Position numbers and translations under genes: made by a program. Below the pieces are notes generated by a model that was not told where the DNA came from, did not search any database, and saw nothing but the letters and a program-made list of their open reading frames with translations. From an uncultured Bacilli bacterium (GTDB lineage: Bacteria > Bacillota_I > Bacilli_A > RF39 > UBA660), in assembly GCA_944358355.1 (NCBI GenBank), contig CALVQY010000003.1, forward strand, positions 1-51,917: a DNA stretch of 51,917 bases, in the 5' to 3' direction. Positions 16,768 through 26,711 of this stretch are shown in pieces. The first letter of the stretch is position 1. Each line of letters opens with the position of its first letter.

Positions 16768-18093
16768 CTAATCTTTTAAGAAATCTTGCTTTTCTTGCTT
16801 TAATCTCTTTTTTATTTCTTTCTTGTTTTTTCTTTTACTATTATTTTTAGTATGTAATGCTATTAAGAAAATTATTAGTAATATAACAATTAAGCTTATA
16901 AGACCAATAATTATAAAAGAACTAATTCTTAATTTATCTTTTAGACTATCTACTTCTTCTTGATAATATCTTTGTATAGTCTTATCAATACTATCATATA
17001 AATATAGACCTTTTTTACCTGTTTCAACATTTTCTCCATAGACTAGATAAAATTTAGAGTCTTTATTTAATTTATAGACACTATATTCTTTACCATCTAT
17101 TTTAACAGTATATTTTTTGTAATTAGATGGTATTTTACCATTATCTAAAAGATGAATAGTAAGATTTCCATTACTTAGTTCCTTATATAAATAGTATTTA
17201 CCATTATCATAAATATAAAAGTCGATATTACCTTTATCATCTTTTAAGGCAACTAAAGTTACATTTATCGCTTCTATTTTATAAGCTGGTACTTCTTCAT
17301 CATTTATTTTAACAGTAGTCTCTACAAAGTAATCTTTAATTAAATCTTTTAATTCATCAGTTTTCCTAACAACACTTAAATTTTCTTTATTAACTTTTAC
17401 ATTAATAGGATCTTTTTCTTTAACATTAACAACAACAGTATAAGTTTTAGTAGCTCCGTTTTCAGCTTCCACCACAACATTAATAGTATTAGCACCTTCA
17501 TGGACCTCTATTTCTCCTATTCCACTTACTTTAGCTTTACTATCATTCGCCTTCGCATTTACAGTAACACTAGTAGTATCACTTTCTGCATCCACTGTAT
17601 AACTTGTAGTATCTTTATTAAACTCTGGACTTAAAGTAAGTCCTTCTACTGCTAGACTAGCAAGATTATTATCATCACTATAACTTTCTTCTACTTCTTC
17701 TCTTGCTACTAAGTTTATAACAGTACTATCTGTTGGACTTGTAACTACTTCATCCCAAGAGGCAATGGCTGTGTTTATTACTGATATTGTAGTCTTGCCT
17801 GTTCCTTTAACTCTAAAAGTATAAGTATAACTTTGATTTGTCTGTCCTTCACTAGAAACATATCCTACGACATGGGTGTTACCACTTAAAAGTTGTAAAA
17901 CATTACTATCATAATCTAAACTATATTCCCAACTTCCTAAACCACTTGGTTCATTTATATTAACTCTAACAGTAATATTTCCTCCTACTGTTCCAGATGC
18001 TGTTGTTCCGGCGATGCTTATAGAAGCAGCATTTACTATATGTGGGCAAAAGAAAAGGAAGCTAAGTCCTATTATAAATAATATCTTCTTCAT
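16768..18093 (-). CDS. Membrane-anchored protein with cohesin-like and cadherin-like beta-sandwich domains
   Basis: Signal peptide; VGGNITVRV...LDYDSNVLQL...YTFRVKGTG (cohesin-like); SDDNNLASL...LSPEF...GANTINVVV.AENG..KTY (cadherin-like); C-terminal TM plus basic tail. Confidence 0.7.
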   Translation of the reverse strand: MKKILFIIGLSFLFFCPHIVNAASISIAGTTASGTVGGNITVRVNINEPSGLGSWEYSLDYDSNVLQLLSGNTHVVGYVSSEGQTNQSYTYTFRVKGTGKTTISVINTAIASWDEVVTSPTDSTVINLVAREEVEESYSDDNNLASLAVEGLTLSPEFNKDTTSYTVDAESDTTSVTVNAKANDSKAKVSGIGEIEVHEGANTINVVVEAENGATKTYTVVVNVKEKDPINVKVNKENLSVVRKTDELKDLIKDYFVETTVKINDEEVPAYKIEAINVTLVALKDDKGNIDFYIYDNGKYYLYKELSNGNLTIHLLDNGKIPSNYKKYTVKIDGKEYSVYKLNKDSKFYLVYGENVETGKKGLYLYDSIDKTIQRYYQEEVDSLKDKLRISSFIIIGLISLIVILLIIFLIALHTKNNSKRKNKKEIKKRLKQEKQDFLKD

Positions 18094-18102
18094 GTTAACT
18101 TA

Positions 18103-19920
18103 TCACTCCTGTTCTATTACATTATTTCCAAGTATTTGTTTTTGAACTCTTAATAAGTCAACAACATCTACTTTACCATCTTTATTAATATCACTAGCTT
18201 TTTTATCATATGAAGACATACTACTACTTCCTAAAATATCTTTTTGAACTCTAAGTAAATCGACAACACTAACCTTACCATCACCATTATTATCTCCATA
18301 AATAACAATTTTATAAGACTTTGTAGTTGTTCCATTACTAATTACTAAGGTATCTCCTGTACCTACATTACCACTAGCTTTGTTTCCATATCTATCTAGA
18401 TAATCTGTAACTTTTAAGTTAGCATTTATACTACTTAGTCTATTATTAATAGTATCAATACTTGTATTAAAGGAAATATTAGAAATAGTATCACTATCTA
18501 TTTTATAGCCAGATGCTACTACTCCAGTATTAATATCAATATTAGGAGTTGTAACGATTTCTTCTTCTTTGGTATCATCTGGTAGTATTACTTCATTATC
18601 ATTAGGCATGTTATTATAAACAGGAATTAAGAATTCATAAGTGTTATCTAAAAGATTGTTATCTCTATAGCTTTTATACGTACTATAAGCTTCCTGTGAA
18701 TGAGCTCTTATATTAGTCATATATTGATGAGTATAAATAGGATATGTTGCAGATGGTGATACATTAAATTTCTGATAATATAAAGTATTTTGATTTGCAT
18801 CTATATATTTACTAACTATATACTCTGCTCCACCCATAATAGCTTTTTCTTTACTATTCCAAGGTCTATTATAATCATGGATAGAAGCATCTATTCCACC
18901 ATTAGCCCAGATAAGTCCTCTTAGTTGGGGAGACTTATAAGAACCATAGGCACCAATATTAAAGTAATTATAAATACCACTATAAGTAGTGCCATTACCA
19001 CAAGAATTTAAAGCTTCCCAAGTATTAGTATTACCTTGATAACCTAAATTAGTTAGACAATTATTATCAACTTCATAGGTGAAAGTACCACCTGTTGTAG
19101 AAATACTATCAGCACTACCTTTTTCTTGTCTAATTCTACTAGCTAGATAAACAGGACTAACATTATAAGTTTTAGCTGTCTTCATTAAAATATTTAAATA
19201 TTCATTAGTATTTAAGAAAGTACCACTAGTAACTCCTCTTACTGCATCTTCTGTTTGAATAGAGGCATTGTATTTTAAATTTTCGAACATAAAGATATAT
19301 TCTTCGGATAAGAAATTTCTTGGGTCTAAATAATAAGAAACAGTATCTCTACTTGCCACATACCAACCCGGCTCTATTTCTTTATAAGTACCATTTTGAT
19401 AATAAGGAAGTTCTTTACTTCTTAAAGACTCATCAGTTCCATCTATTAGACTAATTTCTCCATAACTTTCATTCGTAACAGCACTGTTAAAATCAAGATT
19501 AGTAAGCACAGGTGTAAAAATCCAATTAGGATGTTTTTCATGTATTGCTTTTAAATAAGGTAAATAACTTTCTAAAAATCCTTTATTTAACATCTCTTTT
19601 TCAAAGTCACCGTTTAGATCTACATCACTTACTTCAATAACTGCTTGATCACTTGAACAGATATAACCAACTTTATCATTATAACTAACTTTATACCAAG
19701 GATTGTTACAACCATGTCCACTACTACCATCTTTACTGATTAAATCAACTTTAGTACCTGCTAATAACACTCCATCATTAGCATCTTTTATTAAATCTCC
19801 TCCAGGTTTTTCTCTAAAATATTTATTAGTATTTAACACTATATAACTACTTGCAGATACCGTAGGAATAAAAGTAAAAAGCATAATAAAGATAAGTCCT
19901 ATACAAGTTATCTTCTTCAT
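18103..19920 (-). CDS. Secreted peptidoglycan hydrolase: SH3b, beta-N-acetylglucosaminidase, C-terminal dockerin
   Basis: WYKVSY..KVGYI (SH3); YYLDPRNF, YNYFNIGA and HQYMTN (glucosaminidase); duplicated GDNNGDGKVSVVDLL / DINKDGKVDVVDLL (dockerin). Confidence 0.85.
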   Translation of the reverse strand: MKKITCIGLIFIMLFTFIPTVSASSYIVLNTNKYFREKPGGDLIKDANDGVLLAGTKVDLISKDGSSGHGCNNPWYKVSYNDKVGYICSSDQAVIEVSDVDLNGDFEKEMLNKGFLESYLPYLKAIHEKHPNWIFTPVLTNLDFNSAVTNESYGEISLIDGTDESLRSKELPYYQNGTYKEIEPGWYVASRDTVSYYLDPRNFLSEEYIFMFENLKYNASIQTEDAVRGVTSGTFLNTNEYLNILMKTAKTYNVSPVYLASRIRQEKGSADSISTTGGTFTYEVDNNCLTNLGYQGNTNTWEALNSCGNGTTYSGIYNYFNIGAYGSYKSPQLRGLIWANGGIDASIHDYNRPWNSKEKAIMGGAEYIVSKYIDANQNTLYYQKFNVSPSATYPIYTHQYMTNIRAHSQEAYSTYKSYRDNNLLDNTYEFLIPVYNNMPNDNEVILPDDTKEEEIVTTPNIDINTGVVASGYKIDSDTISNISFNTSIDTINNRLSSINANLKVTDYLDRYGNKASGNVGTGDTLVISNGTTTKSYKIVIYGDNNGDGKVSVVDLLRVQKDILGSSSMSSYDKKASDINKDGKVDVVDLLRVQKQILGNNVIEQE

Positions 19921-20111
19921 AACTTATCAACTCCTATTCTTATATAAACATTATATCAGAAAGTTCGACAAAAGTAAGTATTAATATATATTTATAGATA
20001 GGAAAGCGTCAACTTGACAATAGGTGTATAGGGAAAAGTTGAAAAGAATATAATTATAGTCTATAATTATAAGGTAACTATTTTATGTTTAATACATTGG
20101 AGGTTAATTAA

Positions 20112-22163
20112 ATGAGAAAAAATAAAGAAGAAAAAAAGAATAAAAAATGCCGACTTTGGCTTGCTATTTTAAGTATTATTGTAATACTTTCAAGTCTCTT
20201 TGCAATTTATAATATATTATTATTAGGACCGATTGAAGAAGTTGTACGGTATATAGTTATTGGCGTGTTTGTCGTCTTTGATATAATTATTATCTTTAAA
20301 GTTAGGTCAAAAAGACGACATAAAGAGAAAAAAGCGAGGCTTTTAACTTTTCTTTTAATACTATATTTGATTATAAACTGTGCTATATCAGGTCTAATAA
20401 TGTATGCATATGGGACTTTATCTAGTATTAATAGAGACTATGTTACTTATTCTAGTAGCTTAATAGTTAAAAGTGATAGCGAGATTCAAGATGTAAATGA
20501 CTTAAGTGATAATAAAATAGGAATTCTTTCTGATGAGTCAAGTCCTGAAGGAAATATTATTCCTAATGAAGTTATTGATGAAAACAATTTAAAAGATGAT
20601 AATGAGATAGTTGAATATGATGATTACTTTACAGCCATGGCAGATTTATACGATGGTGAAGTTGAGGCAATATTTGTTCCAACTGATTATCCTTCAATGT
20701 TTACAAGTATGGAAACATACGCAAATATAAGTGAAGAGACCAACGTTATTTTAACTAAAGAAAAAGAGATGAAGAAAGCTAGTACTAGTGATAGAGAGAA
20801 TTCTTCAGCTGGTAAAAGTGTAACAGAACCATTTACAATTTTATTAATGGGAGTTGACTCTGCTGAGGAAGGTTTATCTAAGAATACTGTTGCTAATGGG
20901 GATAGTTTAATTTTAATTACCTTTAATCCTAATACTTTAAATGCTACAATGTTAAGTATCCCTCGTGATAGTTATGTGCCAATTGCATGTTGGAGTGGTA
21001 CTCCTGAAAATAAAATAACTCATGCGGCGGCTTATGGTACTGACTGTATGATGAGTACAATTGAAAATTACTTCGATGTTACTATTGACTATTATGCTAA
21101 AATTAATTTTAAAGGTTTAGTTACTTTAGTTGATACTTTAGGTGGAATTACTGTTGAAGTACCACAAGATTTATGTACTGATAATTCTAATCGTGAAGGA
21201 GAAGTTTGTATAAATGCAGGACTTCAAACATTAAATGGTGAACAAGCTTTGGTACTTGCGAGAAATAGAAAACAACTTGCTGCTGGGGATTTGGATAGAG
21301 GTTTAAATCAACAGTTAGTTATTCAAGGAATATTAAATAAAGTTAAAGATATGAAGAGTATTAATCAAGTAATGGATGTTTTAAATACTGTTACTAATAA
21401 TCTTGATACTAATTTTACAGAACAGCAGATTTTATCATTCTATGATATTGCTAAAGACATTATGAATAATGCTTTACAAAAAGATGATGCTGACCTTATT
21501 AATATTGAACAATTATATTTAGATGGTACTGGACAAATGATTTATGATGAGAGAAGTAGAATGGTACTTTGGGATTATGTACCAAATACTAAAAGCCGTG
21601 ATGATATTGTAGAAGCGATGAAGATTAATCTTGGTGAAAAAGAACCTGATATGGTTAAAGAGTTCTCCTTCTCTATTAATGATCCTGATTATGAGAAAAC
21701 GATAACAGGAACTGGTCCTTATAAAACGGCTTTTACATATGATTTATTAGCTGATTTTACTGGAGACAGTGAAAGTCAAGCTAGAAGTTGGTGTAATGCT
21801 CATGGTGTTAATGTTAGTTTTAGAAGGAGTGGTGGCTATGTAGTTAGTCAAAGCTTACCTGCTAATAAGAGAATAGATTTAATAAGTGGTAGCCTTGTAT
21901 TAACATTATCAGGTAGTGGATATGATGAACCAGAAGAACCTAGTTATACTCCTCCTGCTGATGATGAAGAAGATGAAGATGATACTGGTGGTGAGATACC
22001 TATTGTACCTCCAGGTGGTAGTGATAATGGAAATGGTTCTGGAGGAGATGGTAACAACGGTGGTGATCCTGGAGACTCTGGTGATGGTGGAAATGGATCT
22101 GGAGGTTCAGGAAGTGATAACACTGGAGATGGAACCACTGGCGGTACTCAACCAGATGAATAA
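20112..22163 (+). CDS. LCP (LytR-CpsA-Psr) family cell-wall glycopolymer ligase with extra binding-protein-like domain and Gly/Asp-rich tail
   Basis: Three TM helices; FTILLMGVD, LSIPRDSYV, KITHA, INFKG and ALVLARNR...DLDR. Confidence 0.9.
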   Translation: MRKNKEEKKNKKCRLWLAILSIIVILSSLFAIYNILLLGPIEEVVRYIVIGVFVVFDIIIIFKVRSKRRHKEKKARLLTFLLILYLIINCAISGLIMYAYGTLSSINRDYVTYSSSLIVKSDSEIQDVNDLSDNKIGILSDESSPEGNIIPNEVIDENNLKDDNEIVEYDDYFTAMADLYDGEVEAIFVPTDYPSMFTSMETYANISEETNVILTKEKEMKKASTSDRENSSAGKSVTEPFTILLMGVDSAEEGLSKNTVANGDSLILITFNPNTLNATMLSIPRDSYVPIACWSGTPENKITHAAAYGTDCMMSTIENYFDVTIDYYAKINFKGLVTLVDTLGGITVEVPQDLCTDNSNREGEVCINAGLQTLNGEQALVLARNRKQLAAGDLDRGLNQQLVIQGILNKVKDMKSINQVMDVLNTVTNNLDTNFTEQQILSFYDIAKDIMNNALQKDDADLINIEQLYLDGTGQMIYDERSRMVLWDYVPNTKSRDDIVEAMKINLGEKEPDMVKEFSFSINDPDYEKTITGTGPYKTAFTYDLLADFTGDSESQARSWCNAHGVNVSFRRSGGYVVSQSLPANKRIDLISGSLVLTLSGSGYDEPEEPSYTPPADDEEDEDDTGGEIPIVPPGGSDNGNGSGGDGNNGGDPGDSGDGGNGSGGSGSDNTGDGTTGGTQPDE

Positions 22164-22192
22164 AGAGATAAGCAAATCAAACTTATCTCTTT
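22162..22192. terminator. Bidirectional intrinsic terminator
   Basis: AAAGAGATAAG-N9-CTTATCTCTTT between convergent genes. Confidence 0.75.
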
Positions 22193-22194
22193 TC

Positions 22195-23472
22195 TTATGG
22201 CCTTAAAGCTGTTATTGGTACTACATATACTCCATCTGGTCTTACATATGCTGCACTACTCATTCCACATATAACACATAGTACTGAAGGTTCTTTACCA
22301 TTTTCTTCTTTTATAGAATCTCTTATATTAATTAAATTTTTTGCTGCATCATCTATTGCATTTACACCCATTTTTACCTCAAATGCACACCAATTACCAT
22401 CTTCTAATTCTATTACTGAATCTATTTCCCTATTCGAATAATCTTGATAATGATAACATTTAGCATCAAAGGAATCTGCATATATTTTTAAATCATGCTC
22501 TACCAATGCTTCAAATAAAAAGCCAAAGGTTTCTAAGTCATTAATAAGCTTTTCTTCTGTTAAATTTAAAAGTGCACAGGCTATAGAAGGATCGGCAAAA
22601 TGTCTTTTTTCAGATTGTTTAACTCTTATACTCGATCTGATATTAGTAGAAAAAGGCTCATCATTATCTAATAAAAATAATTTATCTAAAGCATTTAAAT
22701 AAGATGCTACTGTATCTATATCAATATCTTCATTGTCAACTTCTTTTATATCTTTCTTTAATGTAGCATTAGTAACAGTAGTACTTTCATTTCTAGCAAG
22801 AGATTTTAATAATAATTTTACTTTGTGTTTATCTCTATTAATACCATCTAATCTAGATAAATCATCATCTATTATTAAATTAATATACTCATTTACTGAT
22901 TTTCTTGCATCATCACTAGAATAATTTATATTACCAGGCCAACCACCTCTTATAATTAAATTAGCAAGTTTTCTTAAACTAACTTTTCCAGTATTTTTAG
23001 ATATTTTTTTACCATTACAAATATCCTTTAATGATATATCACCAGTTGAATCACCTGATTCATATAAAGACATTGTTCTTAAATGAATTTTGCCAAACCG
23101 TCCCGCTCCACTATGAGATATGCCATCTCTTTTAGGTGTTGATGAACCAGTTAATATATATTGCCCCTTTAAACCTGTTCTATCAACATCATATCTTATT
23201 TCATCCCATAAATTTGTCGCTTCTTGCCATTCATCAATAAGTTTCGGTTTTTCTCCTTCTAAAACAATTTCAGGAGATGTTTCAGCAAGTTCAACTTCAT
23301 TAGATTTTCCACCAGTTTTTGTATAAAGCAAACTCTCACTTTTTGCATGATATCTTCCAGACCAAGTTTTACCACAATACTTTGGACCTTCTATACATAT
23401 TGCACCAAATAACTTTAAATATTTTTCTATTTTTTCATCAACTATTCGTTTTTTATAATTTTTAATTTTCAT
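22195..23472 (-). CDS. AAA+ ATPase (AAA_14) with DUF4143 and C-terminal PD-(D/E)XK-like domain
   Basis: Motifs GPKYCGKT, LIDEWQ, LTGS, GGWP, HFADPS, LFEALV and EIDSVIE...AFEVK. Confidence 0.85.
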   Translation of the reverse strand: MKIKNYKKRIVDEKIEKYLKLFGAICIEGPKYCGKTWSGRYHAKSESLLYTKTGGKSNEVELAETSPEIVLEGEKPKLIDEWQEATNLWDEIRYDVDRTGLKGQYILTGSSTPKRDGISHSGAGRFGKIHLRTMSLYESGDSTGDISLKDICNGKKISKNTGKVSLRKLANLIIRGGWPGNINYSSDDARKSVNEYINLIIDDDLSRLDGINRDKHKVKLLLKSLARNESTTVTNATLKKDIKEVDNEDIDIDTVASYLNALDKLFLLDNDEPFSTNIRSSIRVKQSEKRHFADPSIACALLNLTEEKLINDLETFGFLFEALVEHDLKIYADSFDAKCYHYQDYSNREIDSVIELEDGNWCAFEVKMGVNAIDDAAKNLINIRDSIKEENGKEPSVLCVICGMSSAAYVRPDGVYVVPITALRP

Positions 23473-23530
23473 AGTTAGCCTCCTCTCAATTAATATAATT
23501 ATACATTAATTGTTTAATTAAATCAATCAT

Positions 23531-23609
23531 ATTCCGTGACATTTCTAATTTCCATTCCGTGATATTTCTAATTTTCATTCCGTGATATTTTCAATTTCCA
23601 TTCCGTGAT
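23531..23609. repeat. About 3.5 tandem 23-bp repeats (ATTCCGTGAYATTTYYAATTTYC)
   Basis: Units start at 23531, 23554, 23577 and 23600; no spacers. Confidence 0.9.
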
Positions 23610-23613
23610 TTTT

Positions 23614-24642
23614 TTAAGAATTCATATCTTCTAGATAAGACACCGCTTCATCAAATGTTCCTATTGCTTTAATTTCTATATCATAATCATGTTCTTCTTT
23701 TTCCTTTAATGCTTCTTTATAATTATCACCTTTAGGAACTAAAAATATATCTGTTCCTTTCTTAACAGCTCCATTTAACTTGTATTTAACGCCACCTATT
23801 TCTCCAACTGTTCCATCACTACTAATAGTACCAGTTCCAACAATAGTTAAACCGTTAGTTAAGTCTCCTTTAGTTAACTTATCATAAATAGCAAGTGTTA
23901 ACATTAAACCTCCACTTGGTCCTCCTTCACTATCTTTAAACTTAAGTTCTATTTTAGGATCAGTCTTATATTCATAAATAGTACTAACAGAAACACCAGT
24001 TACTTTATAATCTTCTCCTTCTTTAACAGTTGCAACTACATCAGTTTCTTTATCATTTCTAATAACTGTTACCTTAACTTTATCTCCTACTTCAAAGTTT
24101 TGTATTTCATTTGTATAATCTTCTACTTCATTTATTTCTTTACCATTTACTTTTACTAACTCATCTCCTACTCTTAGACCATTATCTTCTTTTTTATCTA
24201 CATAGATAATATAAAAGTGTTTACCACTTATACTAACCTTTTTTTCTGCTTTTTGGTACGCTAACATAATGGCAGTTTGATTAGCATTTTCTAAATATAT
24301 TCTATTTCTAAACATAATATCTTCAGGTGTTTCATCTTCATTTAACTCTACATCTTCTTGTTTTTCTATATCATATCCTGGAATTATATTACCTAAAATA
24401 AAAGATGCAACATTACCTTCTAATTCTTTTACATAAGCAAAGTTAAGAGAGCCTTTACTATTTGAGTTATTACCTTCTATTAAAACTCTATCATTAATAT
24501 CAATAGTACCTCCTCCAGCATAAATATAATAAGGTAGTGGGAAAGTAAATACAAAGTAACAAACAATTAAAAAGATAATTGTTTTATAATAATCTTTCAT
24601 AAATTTTTTTATTCTTAAATAAACTTTATTAAACATATACAT
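23614..24642 (-). CDS. ylbL: PDZ and Lon-like protease domain protein (YlbL-like)
   Basis: PDZ motif LRVGDELVKVNG; GGPSGGLM; GTGTI..DG.VG.IGGV..K; adjacent to ylbJ. Confidence 0.85.
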   Translation of the reverse strand: MYMFNKVYLRIKKFMKDYYKTIIFLIVCYFVFTFPLPYYIYAGGGTIDINDRVLIEGNNSNSKGSLNFAYVKELEGNVASFILGNIIPGYDIEKQEDVELNEDETPEDIMFRNRIYLENANQTAIMLAYQKAEKKVSISGKHFYIIYVDKKEDNGLRVGDELVKVNGKEINEVEDYTNEIQNFEVGDKVKVTVIRNDKETDVVATVKEGEDYKVTGVSVSTIYEYKTDPKIELKFKDSEGGPSGGLMLTLAIYDKLTKGDLTNGLTIVGTGTISSDGTVGEIGGVKYKLNGAVKKGTDIFLVPKGDNYKEALKEKEEHDYDIEIKAIGTFDEAVSYLEDMNS

Positions 24643-24682
24643 CAGTCCTTACTATTACATTATACCAAAAGAAGGTAATATT

Positions 24683-25594
24683 ATGAAAAAAAAGTATCAA
24701 GAACTTTTAGCAGTACTAATTATTTTATTTATTTACTTAGGAATTTTTGTTAATCCTAATCTAATTATAGAAAGCGGTATTAAAAGTATTACTATCTTTA
24801 AAGAAAAATTATTTCCTTCTATTTTTCCTTTCTTTGTTCTAGCTTCTTTACTATTAGAATTAGGAATTGCCAATAAATTAAGTATTAAATTAAATCCTAT
24901 TTTTAAGAGAGTATTTCATGTCGAAGGAAATAGTTCTTTTATTATATTAGTAAGTATTATTTCAGGATTTCCTAGTGGTTCTAAGTATATTGCTAATAGT
25001 TATAAGGAAAATACTATTAATAAAGATACTGCTAATTATCTTTTAACTTTTACTCATTTTGCTAATCCTCTTTTTATTTTAGGAACATGTGGAATAATTT
25101 TAAATAGTCTATCTCTTGCTTATAAAATATTAATTATAGAGATAGTTGCTAACTTGATTTTGGGATTTATTTTAAGACCAAAAGAGATAATAACATCTAA
25201 GAGGATATCTACTAAATGTAATAATACCTTTCTAGAAGCTTTACCTAAAGCGATAAATGAGGTAATTAAATTACTTTTATTTATGTTAGGTAGTATTACA
25301 TTCTTTATGTTTTTTAGTAAGTTAATTACAAGCTTTTTAGCTTTAAATCCGCTTTTAGAATCTATTATTACAGGAGTGCTTGATATGACTAGTGGTATTA
25401 GTTTAGTTGGAGAAATTAATACTACTTTATATATCAAAGGAATGCTTGTTCTTACATTTATTACTTTTGGTAGTTTTTCTGTTCATTTACAAGTAATAAA
25501 TAATATAAAAGAAGAAGATTTAGACTATAAATACTTCTTCTTAGGTAGAATCATAGAAACTGCTATTGCCTTAGTCTTATATATTATTTTCTAA
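24683..25594 (+). CDS. ylbJ: Sporulation integral membrane protein YlbJ-like
   Basis: LFPSIFPFF, SGFPSG, NPLFILG and SVHLQV; multiple TM helices. Confidence 0.85.
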   Translation: MKKKYQELLAVLIILFIYLGIFVNPNLIIESGIKSITIFKEKLFPSIFPFFVLASLLLELGIANKLSIKLNPIFKRVFHVEGNSSFIILVSIISGFPSGSKYIANSYKENTINKDTANYLLTFTHFANPLFILGTCGIILNSLSLAYKILIIEIVANLILGFILRPKEIITSKRISTKCNNTFLEALPKAINEVIKLLLFMLGSITFFMFFSKLITSFLALNPLLESIITGVLDMTSGISLVGEINTTLYIKGMLVLTFITFGSFSVHLQVINNIKEEDLDYKYFFLGRIIETAIALVLYIIF

Positions 25595-26100
25595 TAAGTA
25601 TAATTAACTGGACAATTTATCATAAATGAGTATGTTTCGTCGGCAAAGTTAGGATGAGTTAAGACTATAGTTATTTTTAAATAGCCATTAGCACCGCTTA
25701 AATATTCTATTTTAGAGTCTGGACTTAACATTAAATCAGCGATTGCAGGTATTTCATAATCAGTAATATTTCCACTTCTTCCATAACTAATAATTCCTTC
25801 TGTTGGTTTAATAGTAATTGTTGTTGTATATGCACTCGGACTATCAAATGATAAAGTAGCAGAATAGCCATCAGTTCCTACATTAGTTACATTAACTAAA
25901 TGGCCTTTTATTAAATCATCTTGAATTACTTTTTGTAAATTATTAGAAAATGCTACTACTTCATTATTAATTTCTTCTATTTGTTCTCTATTACGATAAC
26001 TCATTATTAAGTCAAATAGACTTACAACTATAACAGAAACAATTATAAAGCAGACAAGTAATTCTATAGCAGTTATTCCTTTATTATTTATATTTCTCAT
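25591..26100 (-). CDS. Type IV pilin-like protein
   Basis: Class III signal NNKG/ITAIELL followed by a hydrophobic helix. Confidence 0.8.
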   Translation of the reverse strand: MRNINNKGITAIELLVCFIIVSVIVVSLFDLIMSYRNREQIEEINNEVVAFSNNLQKVIQDDLIKGHLVNVTNVGTDGYSATLSFDSPSAYTTTITIKPTEGIISYGRSGNITDYEIPAIADLMLSPDSKIEYLSGANGYLKITIVLTHPNFADETYSFMINCPVNYTY

Positions 26101-26645
26101 CTTGATACCTCCATTGTTCCATACTTATGAGTATCATTAGATACATATTCTACAATTACTCTATAATAGCCTGTATTAGGCGTTTTACTAGTGTTTTTAC
26201 TATAAGTTGGTAAGTATGCTATATATTCTCTAAAATCACGTTCGAAAGTATTATTATCTTTTACAAAGTTTTTAAAAGTAGTAGTAGAATATGTTGTTAA
26301 ATATATTTTTGAAACATTATTCATAACAGTAAAAGCTCCACAGTTTCCTTCACTTTCTTCATTAGTATATAAAGCACAATCGCTAATATCTTTATAACCT
26401 TTAGTCTTAACTTCATTATAAACACTATCTGGCAGTCCTTTTAGCGCTATCATTCTTGCCCAATGTGCTATATATGTAGATTCTACGGTGTTATAATTTT
26501 TGTATCTTTCATATTCACCTACTAAAGGGAAAAAATTTGCATACAATAATGAGAAGATTCCCATAACAAAGACACTTACTATTAATGTTTCTACTAATAT
26601 AAATCCTTTTTTGCTGACTTTTTTTGATAAATTCATTATAACCAC
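26097..26645 (-). CDS. Type IV pilin-like protein
   Basis: Class III signal KKG/FILVETL followed by a hydrophobic helix. Confidence 0.8.
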   Translation of the reverse strand: MVIMNLSKKVSKKGFILVETLIVSVFVMGIFSLLYANFFPLVGEYERYKNYNTVESTYIAHWARMIALKGLPDSVYNEVKTKGYKDISDCALYTNEESEGNCGAFTVMNNVSKIYLTTYSTTTFKNFVKDNNTFERDFREYIAYLPTYSKNTSKTPNTGYYRVIVEYVSNDTHKYGTMEVSR

Positions 26646-26711
26646 CTCTTGTAATTAGGCTATTCTTAATATATAATTATTATAGTAAAAGATGAGGATA
26701 AAGTAAAGGGG

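Noticed and set aside
21960-22160. GC-richer repetitive stretch as foreign DNA
   Set aside because: It encodes the Gly/Asp-rich low-complexity tail of the LCP protein.
23531-23609. CRISPR array
   Set aside because: Units are contiguous 23-mers with no unique spacers, and no cas genes are present.
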